Shown: positions 1-9,002 of the stretch, in pieces
Numbering within the stretch: position 1 is the first letter of the stretch
Layout: each line of letters begins with the position of its first letter
Assembly (NCBI GenBank): GCA_963730835.1
Contig: CAVSTE010000005.1
Span: 141,522 to 205,521, forward strand
Direction of reading: 5' to 3'
Length of the DNA: 64,000 nucleotides
Source of the DNA: an uncultured Actinomycetes bacterium
GTDB lineage: Bacteria > Actinomycetota > Thermoleophilia > Solirubrobacterales > Solirubrobacteraceae
The notes under the pieces: generated by a model
Told to the model about the DNA's origin: nothing
Seen by the model: the letters and a program-made list of their open reading frames with translations, nothing else
The model's database searches: none
Program-made: the position numbers and the translations under genes

Positions 1-1
1 C

Positions 2-1618
2 GCCCGGCGCCTGCACAGGCAGCTGACGTCGCGCGGCCGCGGCGGCGGCCCCTGGCGCTACGCGATCATCCCGCTGGTCCTGTTGGTGGTGATCGCCGTC
101 GTGTTGATCGCCCTGGCGACCTCGAGCACCAGCCTCAGCACCGATTCTCAGGCCCTGGCCAAGGTGAACATGCCGCTGGGCGGCGGCAAGATCGAAAGCG
201 TGTTCGTTTCACGGTCGCCGGACAACAGGCCCGTTCCGGTCACGATCAAAGACAACCGCATCTGGCCCCGAAGGACGATTCCGGCCGGCACCCATCTGCT
301 GGTGGAGGTCGTGGTCACGCGTCCGGGCAGCGTCTCCTGGTTGACCGGCGGCACCGACCGTGTGCATCTCGATCTGATCGCCCCCACGGCCATGTTGACG
401 ACGCCGTACCTGACCCTGCGCTCGGGCGCGCCGCTGCACGTGCGGTTCAACCAGCCGGTCCAGATGGTGTCCTACGGTCAGCCCGGGGCGCTCCAGCGTC
501 ACCTGCTGTCTTCGCCCCAGCAGACCGTTGCGCTCCCGCGCACCGGCCCCGCCGGCTCCGAGTTGATCGCCGCCGCTCCGCGCACCTGGGAGACCGCCCA
601 TGCGAGCGCGCTCAGCTGGTTCCCGGCGGGCACTTCGCATGCCAGCGCCGTCGCCAACCCCGCCCCGGGCTCGCGGATCGCCTCCTCCACGCCGATCACC
701 CTGACCTTCTCTGAGCCCGTGCAGCAGGCGCTCGGCGGGCACATGCCGCCCCTGTCGCCGAGCACGCCGGGCACCTGGCACACCGCGGGCGACCACACGA
801 TCGTCTTTCAGCCAGAGGGCTATGGCTACGGCCTGGGCGCCACGGTCACCGCGGCGCTGCCGGGCGGAGTGCAACTCGTGGGCGCCCGCGGAGGGGCGGC
901 GAGCTGGACCGTTCCCGGCGGCTCGACGCTGCGCCTCCAGCAGTTGCTCTCACTGCTCGGCTACCTGCCGTTCAACTTCCACTACAAGGGGGGCGGCGGC
1001 GTTGGCCTCACCCCTGCGGCCCAGGAACAGGCGGCGGTCAATCCGCCGGCCGGCACATTCCAGTGGCGCTGGGCCAATGTGCCCGGCGACCTGCGCTCGA
1101 TGTGGGCCCCGGGAACCTACGGCACGATGACCAAGGGCGCCCTGATGGCGTTCGAGAACAACGAGAACATGACCGCCGACGGAGTGCCGGGCCCGAGCGT
1201 GTGGAAAGCGCTGATCCAGGCGGTGATGGCCGGCAAGCGCTCCACCTTCGGCTACACGTTCGTAACCGTGACCGAGGGGAGCCCAGAGACCGAAAGCACT
1301 TGGCACAACGGCCGGGTGGTGGTGTCGGGGCCGGTCAACACCGGCATCCCCGGGGCGGCGACCGCGCTTGGTGTCTACCCCGTGTTCGAGCATTCGCTGT
1401 CCGTGACGATGAGCGGCACCAACCCTGACGGCAGCCACTACTCAGATCCCGGCGTCCCGTACGTCAGCTATTTCAACGGGGGAGATGCCCTGCACGGGTT
1501 CCTTCGCGGTTCCTATGGGTCCGCCCAGAGCCTCGGTTGCGTGGAGATGCCCTACAGCGAGGCCTCCCAGGTGTACCCCTACACGCCGATCGGCCAGCTC
1601 GTCAACGTCGTCAGCTGA
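2..1618 (+). CDS. L,D-transpeptidase family protein with Ig-like and peptidoglycan-binding domains (5' truncated by window edge)
   Basis: Frame open from position 2 through an N-terminal TM segment; PG-binding motif ALMAFENNENMTADGVPGPSVW; C-terminal ALHG...SLGCV catalytic motif. Confidence 0.85.
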   Translation, partial: ARRLHRQLTSRGRGGGPWRYAIIPLVLLVVIAVVLIALATSSTSLSTDSQALAKVNMPLGGGKIESVFVSRSPDNRPVPVTIKDNRIWPRRTIPAGTHLLVEVVVTRPGSVSWLTGGTDRVHLDLIAPTAMLTTPYLTLRSGAPLHVRFNQPVQMVSYGQPGALQRHLLSSPQQTVALPRTGPAGSELIAAAPRTWETAHASALSWFPAGTSHASAVANPAPGSRIASSTPITLTFSEPVQQALGGHMPPLSPSTPGTWHTAGDHTIVFQPEGYGYGLGATVTAALPGGVQLVGARGGAASWTVPGGSTLRLQQLLSLLGYLPFNFHYKGGGGVGLTPAAQEQAAVNPPAGTFQWRWANVPGDLRSMWAPGTYGTMTKGALMAFENNENMTADGVPGPSVWKALIQAVMAGKRSTFGYTFVTVTEGSPETESTWHNGRVVVSGPVNTGIPGAATALGVYPVFEHSLSVTMSGTNPDGSHYSDPGVPYVSYFNGGDALHGFLRGSYGSAQSLGCVEMPYSEASQVYPYTPIGQLVNVVS

Positions 1619-1663
1619 GCCGGCCGTAAAGGGGCTTGCCGCGGCCGTGGCGAATCACGTGCC

Positions 1664-2569
1664 GTGTCGCAAGCCCCACTACCCGAGTCCTGGCAGCGGG
1701 CGCTGACAGCGCTGGACGATGACCTGCGCCGTCGCGCGCTGGCCGAGAAGACGCGCCGGGCGTACCGCATCGACACCGAGCAATTCGCCCGGTGGGCTGC
1801 CGGCGCCAAGCTCGAGCCGGGCACCGTCGACGTCCGCGCGGTGCGTCGCTACGCCGCCGCGCTCTCTGCCCAGGGCCAGGCGCCCGCCAGCGTGGCGCGC
1901 AAGCTGGCCGCGCTGCGGGCCCTGTTCCGCGTGCTGGTGGAGACGGGGGCCCGGGGCGAGAACCCGGCCGAGCTGGTGGGCTCGCCCAAGCGCGCGGCGC
2001 GCCTACCCCGGGTGCTGAAGCCCGAAGAGGTGGCCGCGCTGCTCGACCGCATCGGCGCCGATAGCCCGCTCGAGCTTCGCGACCGCGCGATGTTCGAGCT
2101 GGCCTACGCGTCGGGGCTGCGGGCCGAGGAGCTCGTCTCGCTGGAGGTGGAGGCGCTCGACTTCGACTCCGAGCTGGTGCGGGTGGAGGGCAAGGGAGAT
2201 CGCACCCGGCTGGTGCCCGCGGGCGAGCATGCGCTGCGCGCCCTGGAGCGCTATCTGGCGCGTGGGCGGCCGGCGTTGTGCGCGTCGGGCTCCGAGCGCT
2301 GGCTGTTCCTCTCCAAGTCAGGCAGGCGGCTCTCCACCTCGGATGTCAGGCGCCGGCTGCGCACCTGGGCGCGGCAGGCGGCGCTGGCTGGAGCTCACCC
2401 CCACGCCCTGCGCCACTCGTTCGCCACCCACCTGCTGGAGGGCGGCGCCGACCTGCGGGCGATCCAGGAGCTGCTGGGGCACGCCGGAATCTCCACCACC
2501 CAGGTCTACACCCGGGTTGAATCGGGAAGGCTCCGGTCTGCATACTCTCGTGCCCATCCACGCGCCTGA
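1664..2569 (+). CDS. xerC: Tyrosine recombinase, XerC type
   Basis: GLRAEE, HALRHSFATHLL, LLGH and TTQVYT catalytic motifs; ends AHPRA. Confidence 0.85.
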   Translation: MSQAPLPESWQRALTALDDDLRRRALAEKTRRAYRIDTEQFARWAAGAKLEPGTVDVRAVRRYAAALSAQGQAPASVARKLAALRALFRVLVETGARGENPAELVGSPKRAARLPRVLKPEEVAALLDRIGADSPLELRDRAMFELAYASGLRAEELVSLEVEALDFDSELVRVEGKGDRTRLVPAGEHALRALERYLARGRPALCASGSERWLFLSKSGRRLSTSDVRRRLRTWARQAALAGAHPHALRHSFATHLLEGGADLRAIQELLGHAGISTTQVYTRVESGRLRSAYSRAHPRA

Positions 2570-2589
2570 CATGCCCGATTCAGGGGGAC

Positions 2590-3369
2590 ATGGAGACCGA
2601 CGTCAAAGCGATCGAGCTGCAGGACCTGTGGCGGCGCTACAAGGCCTCCGCGGATGAACGCGCGCGTGAGCGCCTGGTGGTGGCCTATTCGCCGTTGGTG
2701 AAGTACGTCGCCGGGCGGATGGGGTCCGGGCTGCCGGCGCACGTCGAGGAGGCCGATCTGATCTCGTACGGGTTGAGTGGCCTGATCTCCGCGATCGAGC
2801 GCTTCGACCCGGGCCGGGACATCAAGTTCGAGACCTATGCCATCGCCCGCATCCGAGGGGCGATCATCGACGAGCTGCGGACGCTCGACTGGGTGCCGCG
2901 CTCGGTGCGGGCCCGGGCTAGGGAATTTGAGCGCGTCAACATGAAGCTCGAGGCGCGCCTGCATCGGGTGCCGACCGACGAGGAGATGGCCGCCGAGCTG
3001 GGGCTTACGGTCGACGAGCTGCAGGACGCGCTGCTCGAGATCTCAAACTCGACGATCGTCGCGCTGGACGAGCTGTGGACCGTCGCCGACTCGAGCGGCG
3101 ACCAGGTGTCGCTGCTCGACACGCTGCCAGACCGAGGCGCGGACGACCCGGAGGCGCTGGTCGATCAGTCGGAGCTACGCGACCGCGTGGCCGAGGCGAT
3201 CGGCGCCCTCCCCGACCGTGAGAAGCTGGTCATCGCCCTCTACTACTACGAGAACCTCACGTTGCGCGAGATCGGCGAGGTGCTCGGGGTGACCGAGTCG
3301 CGCGTCTCCCAGCTGCACACCAAGGCCATGCTGCGAATGCGCTCCAAACTGGCCGCTGAATTGGACTAA
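2590..3369 (+). CDS. FliA/WhiG family RNA polymerase sigma factor
   Basis: LVKYVAGR, KFETYAIARIRGAIIDELRTLDWVPRS, EIGEVLGVTESRVSQLHTKA; SD-like GGGGGA upstream. Confidence 0.92.
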   Translation: METDVKAIELQDLWRRYKASADERARERLVVAYSPLVKYVAGRMGSGLPAHVEEADLISYGLSGLISAIERFDPGRDIKFETYAIARIRGAIIDELRTLDWVPRSVRARAREFERVNMKLEARLHRVPTDEEMAAELGLTVDELQDALLEISNSTIVALDELWTVADSSGDQVSLLDTLPDRGADDPEALVDQSELRDRVAEAIGALPDREKLVIALYYYENLTLREIGEVLGVTESRVSQLHTKAMLRMRSKLAAELD

Positions 3370-3372
3370 AGT

Positions 3373-3444
3373 GGCCTGGCCGCATGCGGCCAGGCCCCGG
3401 GCCGATCATGATCGGCCCGGCGGGGTCGCGCATGCGCGACCCCG
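3373..3444. repeat. Three abutting perfect 24-bp palindromes, each centred on CATG
   Basis: GGCCTGGCCGCATGCGGCCAGGCC (3373-3396), CCGGGCCGATCATGATCGGCCCGG (3397-3420), CGGGGTCGCGCATGCGCGACCCCG (3421-3444). Confidence 0.95.
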
Positions 3445-3470
3445 GACATATTTGAGAGAGAGGAGAAGGC

Positions 3471-5546
3471 ATGCACAAGGCCGCGGATCGGATCCGCAAC
3501 GTGGCGCTCGTCGGCCACCGCGGCAGCGGCAAGTCGTCCCTGCACGAGGCGCTCCTGTTCCAGGGCGGAGCTGTCAACCGGCTGGGCTCGGTCGTCGACG
3601 GCACGACCGTCTCGGACGCCGACGACGACGAGAAGGCCCGGCAGATGTCGATCTCGGCGGCGCTGTCCTCGTTCGAGTGGCAGCAGCGCAAGGTGAACCT
3701 GATCGACACACCGGGCGACTCGAGCTTCGTCGCCGACGCCCTGGGCGCGCTGCGGGTGTGCGAGTCGGCGGTGTTCGTGATCAACGCCGTGATGGGGGTC
3801 GAGGTCCACACCACGCGCCTCTGGCAGCGGGCCACGGAGCTCGACCTGGCGAGGCTCGTGTTCGTCAACATGCTCGACCGTGAGCGGGCGGACTTCTTCC
3901 GCACGCTCGACTCGCTCAAAGGCGCGTTCGGACAGCACGTGGTGGCCACGGAGATCCCGATCGGCTCCGAGCACGAGGTCTCCGGCGTGATCGACCTGGT
4001 CGACATGAAGGCATACAGCTACGACGGTCAGGCGCGCGAGAACTGCACCGAGATCCCGATCCCCGACGAGCTGGCCGACCAGGCTCAGGAGTACCGCGAG
4101 AAGCTGATGGACGAGGTCTCGGAGTCCTCGGACGCGCTGATGGAGCGCTATTTGGAGGGGGAGGAGATCTCCCACGAGGAGATCGTCACGGCGCTGAAGG
4201 AGGGCACCAACCACGGCGCGATCTTCCCGGTGACCTGCGGCGTGGCGACCAAGAACCTGGCCACCAATCGGCTGCTCGACGCGATCGTCGAGGACCTGCC
4301 ATCCCCCGTCAAGCACGGGTCGCTCGAGCTCGGCGAGCTGACGCTCGAGCCCCGCGAGGACGCGGAGCTGTTCGCCTACGTGTTCAAGACCCGAGCCGAC
4401 CCGTTCGCCGGGCGGATCAACATGTTCCGCGTCTACCAGGGGGTGATCAAGCACGACTCCCAGGTGCTGAACACCCGGGCCCACGCCAAGGAGAGGGTCG
4501 GTCAGCTGGTTACCTTCGAGGGCCACGAGACTTCTCACGCCACGGACTTCGGTCCCGGCGATATCGGCGCGGTCGCCAAGCTCAAGGAGACCCGCGCCGG
4601 CGACTGGCTCTCATCGCGCGACACGCCGATCGCCATGCCCTCGATCAAGCTGCCCGCCCCGGTGATGGCGTTCGCCATCGAGCCCCAGGCAAAGGGCGAC
4701 GAGGACAAGGTCTTCACCGCGCTGCGCCGGCTGCAGGAGGAGGACCCGACGATCGACCTGCACCGTGACCCACAGACCGGCGATCAGATCGTCGCCGGCC
4801 TCTCGCAGGTCCACGTGGAGGTCATCGTCGAGCGGCTGCGCTCGCGCTTCGGGGTCGAGGTGAACCTCAAGCCGCCGCGGGTTCCCTACCAGGAGACGAT
4901 CAGAAAGCCGGCCAAGGCCCACGGCCGCCACAAGAAGCAGACAGGCGGCCGCGGCCAGTTCGGCGACTGTCACATCGAGGTCGAGCCGCTGGAGCCGGGG
5001 GTTGGGCTGGAGTTCGTCAACGCCATCAAGGGTGGGGTGATCCCCTCGAGCTTCATCCCCGCGGTGGAGAAGGGCGTGGTCGAAGCGATGAACGAGGGCG
5101 TGGTCGCCGGCTATCCGGTCAAGGACGTGCGGGTCCGGCTCTACGACGGCTCCTACCACTCGGTCGACTCCTCGGAGATGGCGTTCAAGGTCGCCGGCTC
5201 GCTGGCGATGAAGCAGGCGCTTCAGGACGCCTCGCCGGTGCTGCTGGAACCGATCATGCTGGTCACCGTCAGCGTCCCCGAGGACGCCGTGGGCGACGTC
5301 ATCGGCGATCTGAACTCGCGCCGCGGGCGGCCGCTGGGGATGGAGCCGGTGGGAGCGGGGATGACCGAGGTCAAGGCCGAGGTGCCGATGTCGCAGATGC
5401 TGAGCTACGCCCCCGATCTGCGCTCGATCACCGGCGGGCGCGGGGAGTTCGCGATGGAGTTCGAGCGCTATGAGGAGCTTCCAGCCCATCTGGCGTCGAA
5501 GGTGGTGGACGAGGCGAGGGCCGAAAAGGAGGCCGTGAAGGCCTGA
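3471..5546 (+). CDS. Elongation factor G-like protein (EF-G2 type)
   Basis: GHRGSGKS, DTPG, KKQTGGRGQFG, YDGSYHSVDSSEMAF; strong SD GAGGAG; divergent G-motifs. Confidence 0.9.
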   Translation: MHKAADRIRNVALVGHRGSGKSSLHEALLFQGGAVNRLGSVVDGTTVSDADDDEKARQMSISAALSSFEWQQRKVNLIDTPGDSSFVADALGALRVCESAVFVINAVMGVEVHTTRLWQRATELDLARLVFVNMLDRERADFFRTLDSLKGAFGQHVVATEIPIGSEHEVSGVIDLVDMKAYSYDGQARENCTEIPIPDELADQAQEYREKLMDEVSESSDALMERYLEGEEISHEEIVTALKEGTNHGAIFPVTCGVATKNLATNRLLDAIVEDLPSPVKHGSLELGELTLEPREDAELFAYVFKTRADPFAGRINMFRVYQGVIKHDSQVLNTRAHAKERVGQLVTFEGHETSHATDFGPGDIGAVAKLKETRAGDWLSSRDTPIAMPSIKLPAPVMAFAIEPQAKGDEDKVFTALRRLQEEDPTIDLHRDPQTGDQIVAGLSQVHVEVIVERLRSRFGVEVNLKPPRVPYQETIRKPAKAHGRHKKQTGGRGQFGDCHIEVEPLEPGVGLEFVNAIKGGVIPSSFIPAVEKGVVEAMNEGVVAGYPVKDVRVRLYDGSYHSVDSSEMAFKVAGSLAMKQALQDASPVLLEPIMLVTVSVPEDAVGDVIGDLNSRRGRPLGMEPVGAGMTEVKAEVPMSQMLSYAPDLRSITGGRGEFAMEFERYEELPAHLASKVVDEARAEKEAVKA

Positions 5547-5593
5547 CAGTCCTTGCCCGCCCGCGACATCGTCTCCCTAGTACCCTCGGCGGC

Positions 5594-6295
5594 GTGAGCA
5601 CGAAGGACATCCGTCCCGCCGTCCACCACGCGGTCTGCGACGTGTGCGGGCGCACGCTGCTGCGCGGAGAGCATCCCGAGCCCTATGTCGCGGGCGGAGA
5701 GCGGCGGTGGGTCTGTGACCTGTGCACCACCCGGGCCCTGCAGGAGGGCTGGATCAGGGAGGGGACGGTGCCCGAATACGACGCAACGGAGGCAGGGCGC
5801 GAGCGCCGTCGGCCGCTGCTCGGCTGGCTACGCTCGCGTCGCGGCGCCGGGCAGGAGATCCCGGACCCAGCCGGCGCCGAGCGGCTCGATCTCGGTGCGC
5901 CCCCGGTGCCGGCACCGCCACCGACGATGCCGCCCGAACGACGGGAGCCGCGCCACGTCCATGCGATCCCATCGAACGACGACCACAAGGTCGCCGTGGC
6001 GATCGACGTCTTCAACGGCTCCGAGCACGCCCGGACGATCGCCGGCGTGGCCCGCTCGCTGGGCTCCCCGGTCGTCTCCGTGCGGCCCTCGGCCACGACT
6101 CCCAGCGTCGTCAACCTGGTCGCCTCCTGGGAGCTGACCTGGTACCGCTACGAGATCGATCTCGCCGACGAGTTGTCGGGCGTGCGCGTCGCCGGGCAGG
6201 GTGCCGAGCTCTCGGAGCTATCGCCGGAGGAGCTGGAGGGCAATGCCGAGGCCGACGAGAACGGCCTGCTTGCCCTTCACGGGCCTTCGGCATGA
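5594..6295 (+). CDS. Hypothetical protein with N-terminal CxxC..CxxC zinc ribbon
   Basis: CDVC...CDLC; TACCCT 7 nt before the GTG; stop overlaps next ATG (ATGA). Confidence 0.7.
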   Translation: MSTKDIRPAVHHAVCDVCGRTLLRGEHPEPYVAGGERRWVCDLCTTRALQEGWIREGTVPEYDATEAGRERRRPLLGWLRSRRGAGQEIPDPAGAERLDLGAPPVPAPPPTMPPERREPRHVHAIPSNDDHKVAVAIDVFNGSEHARTIAGVARSLGSPVVSVRPSATTPSVVNLVASWELTWYRYEIDLADELSGVRVAGQGAELSELSPEELEGNAEADENGLLALHGPSA

Positions 6296-6504
6296 TCTAC
6301 TGCGTGGTGCCCGAAGCGCTGGCGGGAGAGCTGTTCGAGAAGCTGGAGCGCTACTACGCCGACGATCCGGGCGTCACGGTGATCGTCGAGCGCCGGAAGG
6401 CGGAGCGCCGCGAGCCGGGATCCTCCGCCGGAGGCAAGCGGGCGGTCAGGGACCGCCGCCGCTCGCGGGTGACCGGGGAGCTGCCGGAGCTGCACGGCGG
6501 GTAG
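6292..6504 (+). CDS. Small hypothetical protein (70 aa) with ERR/DRR motifs
   Basis: ATGA overlap with upstream gene; MIYCVVPEALAGELFEKLERYYADDPGVTVIVERR. Confidence 0.7.
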   Translation: MIYCVVPEALAGELFEKLERYYADDPGVTVIVERRKAERREPGSSAGGKRAVRDRRRSRVTGELPELHGG

Positions 6505-6525
6505 CGAGCGCGCAGCGCGAGCGGT

Positions 6526-6927
6526 TTGCGGCTGATCGTCAACGTCGATGGGGGGGCGCGGGGAAACCCTGGGCCCGCGGCGATCGGGGTCGTCGTCTCG
6601 GACGCCGAGGGCAACGTGCTCGACGAGCTGGCCGAGCCGATCGGGGTCGCCACGAACAACGTCGCGGAGTACCGGGCGCTGCTGCGGGGGATCGAGTGGG
6701 CCCTGGGGCTGGGTGCGGACGAGCTCGAGATCGTGAATGACTCCGAACTGGTCGCGCGGCAGCTGACCGGCGCCTACAAGGTCAAGCATCCGTCGATGAA
6801 GCCCCTCTACCAGGAGGCGGTGGCGGCTCTGCGGCCGCTCAAGAGCTGGAGGATCCGCAGCGTGCCTCGGGCCCAGAACGCGCGCGCCGACGAACTCGTC
6901 AACCGGGCCCTGGACGGCGACATCTAG
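6526..6927 (+). CDS. Ribonuclease HI family protein
   Basis: VDGGARGNPGPAAIG, TNNVAEY, DSELV, NARADELVN. Confidence 0.92.
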   Translation: MRLIVNVDGGARGNPGPAAIGVVVSDAEGNVLDELAEPIGVATNNVAEYRALLRGIEWALGLGADELEIVNDSELVARQLTGAYKVKHPSMKPLYQEAVAALRPLKSWRIRSVPRAQNARADELVNRALDGDI

Positions 6928-6952
6928 CGGGGCACTAGCCCGCCGCTGCGAC

Positions 6953-8710
6953 TCAGTACGGCGAGGGCGCCCCGAACATCTCCGGCAGCCGCGCGGCCAG
7001 CGCGAAGTCGCCCTCGAAGCTGGCCCGGTCCCGCAGCAGCGGCTCGGCGGGGTCGATTGTCCCCGCCGCGATGCGCATGAAGTCAGAGAGCTGGAAGCGG
7101 AGCGTCAGCGCCGCGTCCTCCCGGCCTCCGGGACGAGCCGTGGCGCGTCCGTCGAGGACCTCGATCGTCCAGCGAACGGGCGGGCCGCCGGTGGCCGGCC
7201 GGCGCAGCTCGTAGACCAGGTGGCCGTGAAAGCCGCCGGCAGCCTCGGGCTCGAACGCCGAGACCATTGCCGCGAACATGGCCCGCTGAATCCAGCGTGA
7301 GCCGAAGCGTCGCTCGATGCTGGCGTCGTCGGCACCGTCCACGGCACGCTCGAGCAGCTTGATCACGCGCCGGCGCGCGGCGCGACGGGCCCGCGAGCGG
7401 GCCGCCGCGGCCAGCTCGCCGGCGCCCTGCGGTGCCCTCGCGTGCCGCTTGGGGGCCGCCGCCAGCTCGCTCTGCTCGTCGATCACATAAGGAGAGCCCA
7501 GATGCCTCGGCGGCTCGCGCCTGGCGAGCGCGGCCTCGATCGAGGGCCGAAGCCGTTCCGCTTTGCGCGCCTCGCGCTGCTCGCGGTCCTGGAGGAACTC
7601 CGGCATCACCTGGGCGGCGAACAGCTCGAGCGAGGAGCAGATGTCCTCGTGGCGGTTACGACCGGACTGCAGGACGAAGATCACCTGGTCCACGCCGGCC
7701 TGCTGGTAACGGCGGACAAGGTCCGACACCTGGGCGGGGGTGCCGATCGCTCCCCGCAACGAGCCGAGACCCTCCTGGAGCAGGCGCACGCCCAGCGGCG
7801 CCTCGTCCGGCTTCACGATGTGGCGGGCGAAGCCCGCCTGGTCGCGGTTCTGCTCGAACTCCTCGTACACGTCGGTGACGCCCGCCGCGTGGGGATTCAG
7901 CCCGTAGTAGTGACCCAGGGAGTAGCCGAAGAAGTGAGCGCCGTCGATGCCCCGCTCGATGGCTTCCTGCTCCGAGGGTGCGAGCATCATCGGCAGCACC
8001 ACAGCCACATTGGCGTTGACCGCGAAGCCCGCGGGCCGGCATTCCTCGGAGGCGATCAGCTCGTAGTACTCGCGGACCCATTTGGCGGCGTCCTCGGGCT
8101 CGACGAACGAGAACGACAGCGCCCCGATGCCGCAGCGCGCGGCAACATGAATCGTCTCCCTGCGGCTGCAGGCCACCCACACCGGCGGATGCGGGCGTTG
8201 CAGGGGCTTTGGAATCACGTTGCGCGGCGGCATCTGGATCCAATCGCTCCCCATTCCGGCGAACGGCTCCTCGACGAACATCCGCGTCACCGCGTCGAGC
8301 GACTCGTGCCACATCTGTCGCTTGTGCTCCCGCTCGATCAAAAATCCGCCCAGCTCGGCCGACGAGCTGGACTCACCGGTGCCGAACTCGACCCGGCCAC
8401 CGGAGATGAGGTCGAGGGTCGCCACACGTTCCGCCACGCGCGCCGGGTGGTTGACCTGGGGCATGATGTTGACGATCCCGTGGCCCAGCCGGATACGGCT
8501 CGTGCGCTGCGACGCTGCCGCCAGGAAGACCTCCGGGGCCGAGGAGTGCGAGTACTCCTCGAGGAAATGGTGCTCGACCTCCCACACGTAGTCGAATCCC
8601 AGCCGGTCCGCGAGCTCCACCTGCTCGAGCGCCTGACGCAACAGCTCCTCCTCGCTGTGCCCCAACCACGGCCGGGGGAGCTGGTGCTCATAGAAGATCC
8701 CGAAGCGCAC
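6953..8710 (-). CDS. Luciferase-like (LLM) flavin-dependent oxidoreductase fused to a C-terminal SCP2-like domain
   Basis: MRFGIF..GFDYVWEVEHHF..ATLDLISGGRVEFGTG; C-terminal region ending FEGDFALAARL resembles SCP2. Confidence 0.85.
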   Translation of the reverse strand: MRFGIFYEHQLPRPWLGHSEEELLRQALEQVELADRLGFDYVWEVEHHFLEEYSHSSAPEVFLAAASQRTSRIRLGHGIVNIMPQVNHPARVAERVATLDLISGGRVEFGTGESSSSAELGGFLIEREHKRQMWHESLDAVTRMFVEEPFAGMGSDWIQMPPRNVIPKPLQRPHPPVWVACSRRETIHVAARCGIGALSFSFVEPEDAAKWVREYYELIASEECRPAGFAVNANVAVVLPMMLAPSEQEAIERGIDGAHFFGYSLGHYYGLNPHAAGVTDVYEEFEQNRDQAGFARHIVKPDEAPLGVRLLQEGLGSLRGAIGTPAQVSDLVRRYQQAGVDQVIFVLQSGRNRHEDICSSLELFAAQVMPEFLQDREQREARKAERLRPSIEAALARREPPRHLGSPYVIDEQSELAAAPKRHARAPQGAGELAAAARSRARRAARRRVIKLLERAVDGADDASIERRFGSRWIQRAMFAAMVSAFEPEAAGGFHGHLVYELRRPATGGPPVRWTIEVLDGRATARPGGREDAALTLRFQLSDFMRIAAGTIDPAEPLLRDRASFEGDFALAARLPEMFGAPSPY

Positions 8711-8772
8711 GCCGGCGGGATCTTAGGTCCCTGAAGGCACTCCGCAGAGATCTCGCGCCCGGCGGTCGTTAA

Positions 8773-8989
8773 GAGCCTGTCTCACAACCCCCCGCGCACG
8801 TTGGCGGCGGATCTGCGCGGGTCTCGGGTTGCGGCCCGCTCGGCATCCAGCCTCGCCGGAACCGGGCCGCGCCCGAGTGGTCCGGCTGTCCTCGGATGCT
8901 CGCGCAGCGCTGCTGCCACGCATCCTGCGTTCTCGCCCCGCTTGATCCGGCGCTCGCTACCCGCACACGCGGAGTTATGAGCCAGGCTC
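8773..8989. mobile_element. MITE (217 bp, IS5-family-like ends) with TAA target-site duplication
   Basis: TIRs GAGCCTGTCTCACAAC (8773-8788) and GTTATGAGCCAGGCTC (8974-8989) match at 14/16; TAA at 8770-8772 and 8990-8992; no transposase inside. Confidence 0.8.
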
Positions 8990-9002
8990 TAAGCTGCGGA
9001 GC

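Noticed and set aside
7442-8734. Long antisense ORFs (this one, 45861-47192, 57051-58403 and others)
   Set aside because: Shadow ORFs expected from high-GC codon bias opposite well-supported genes.
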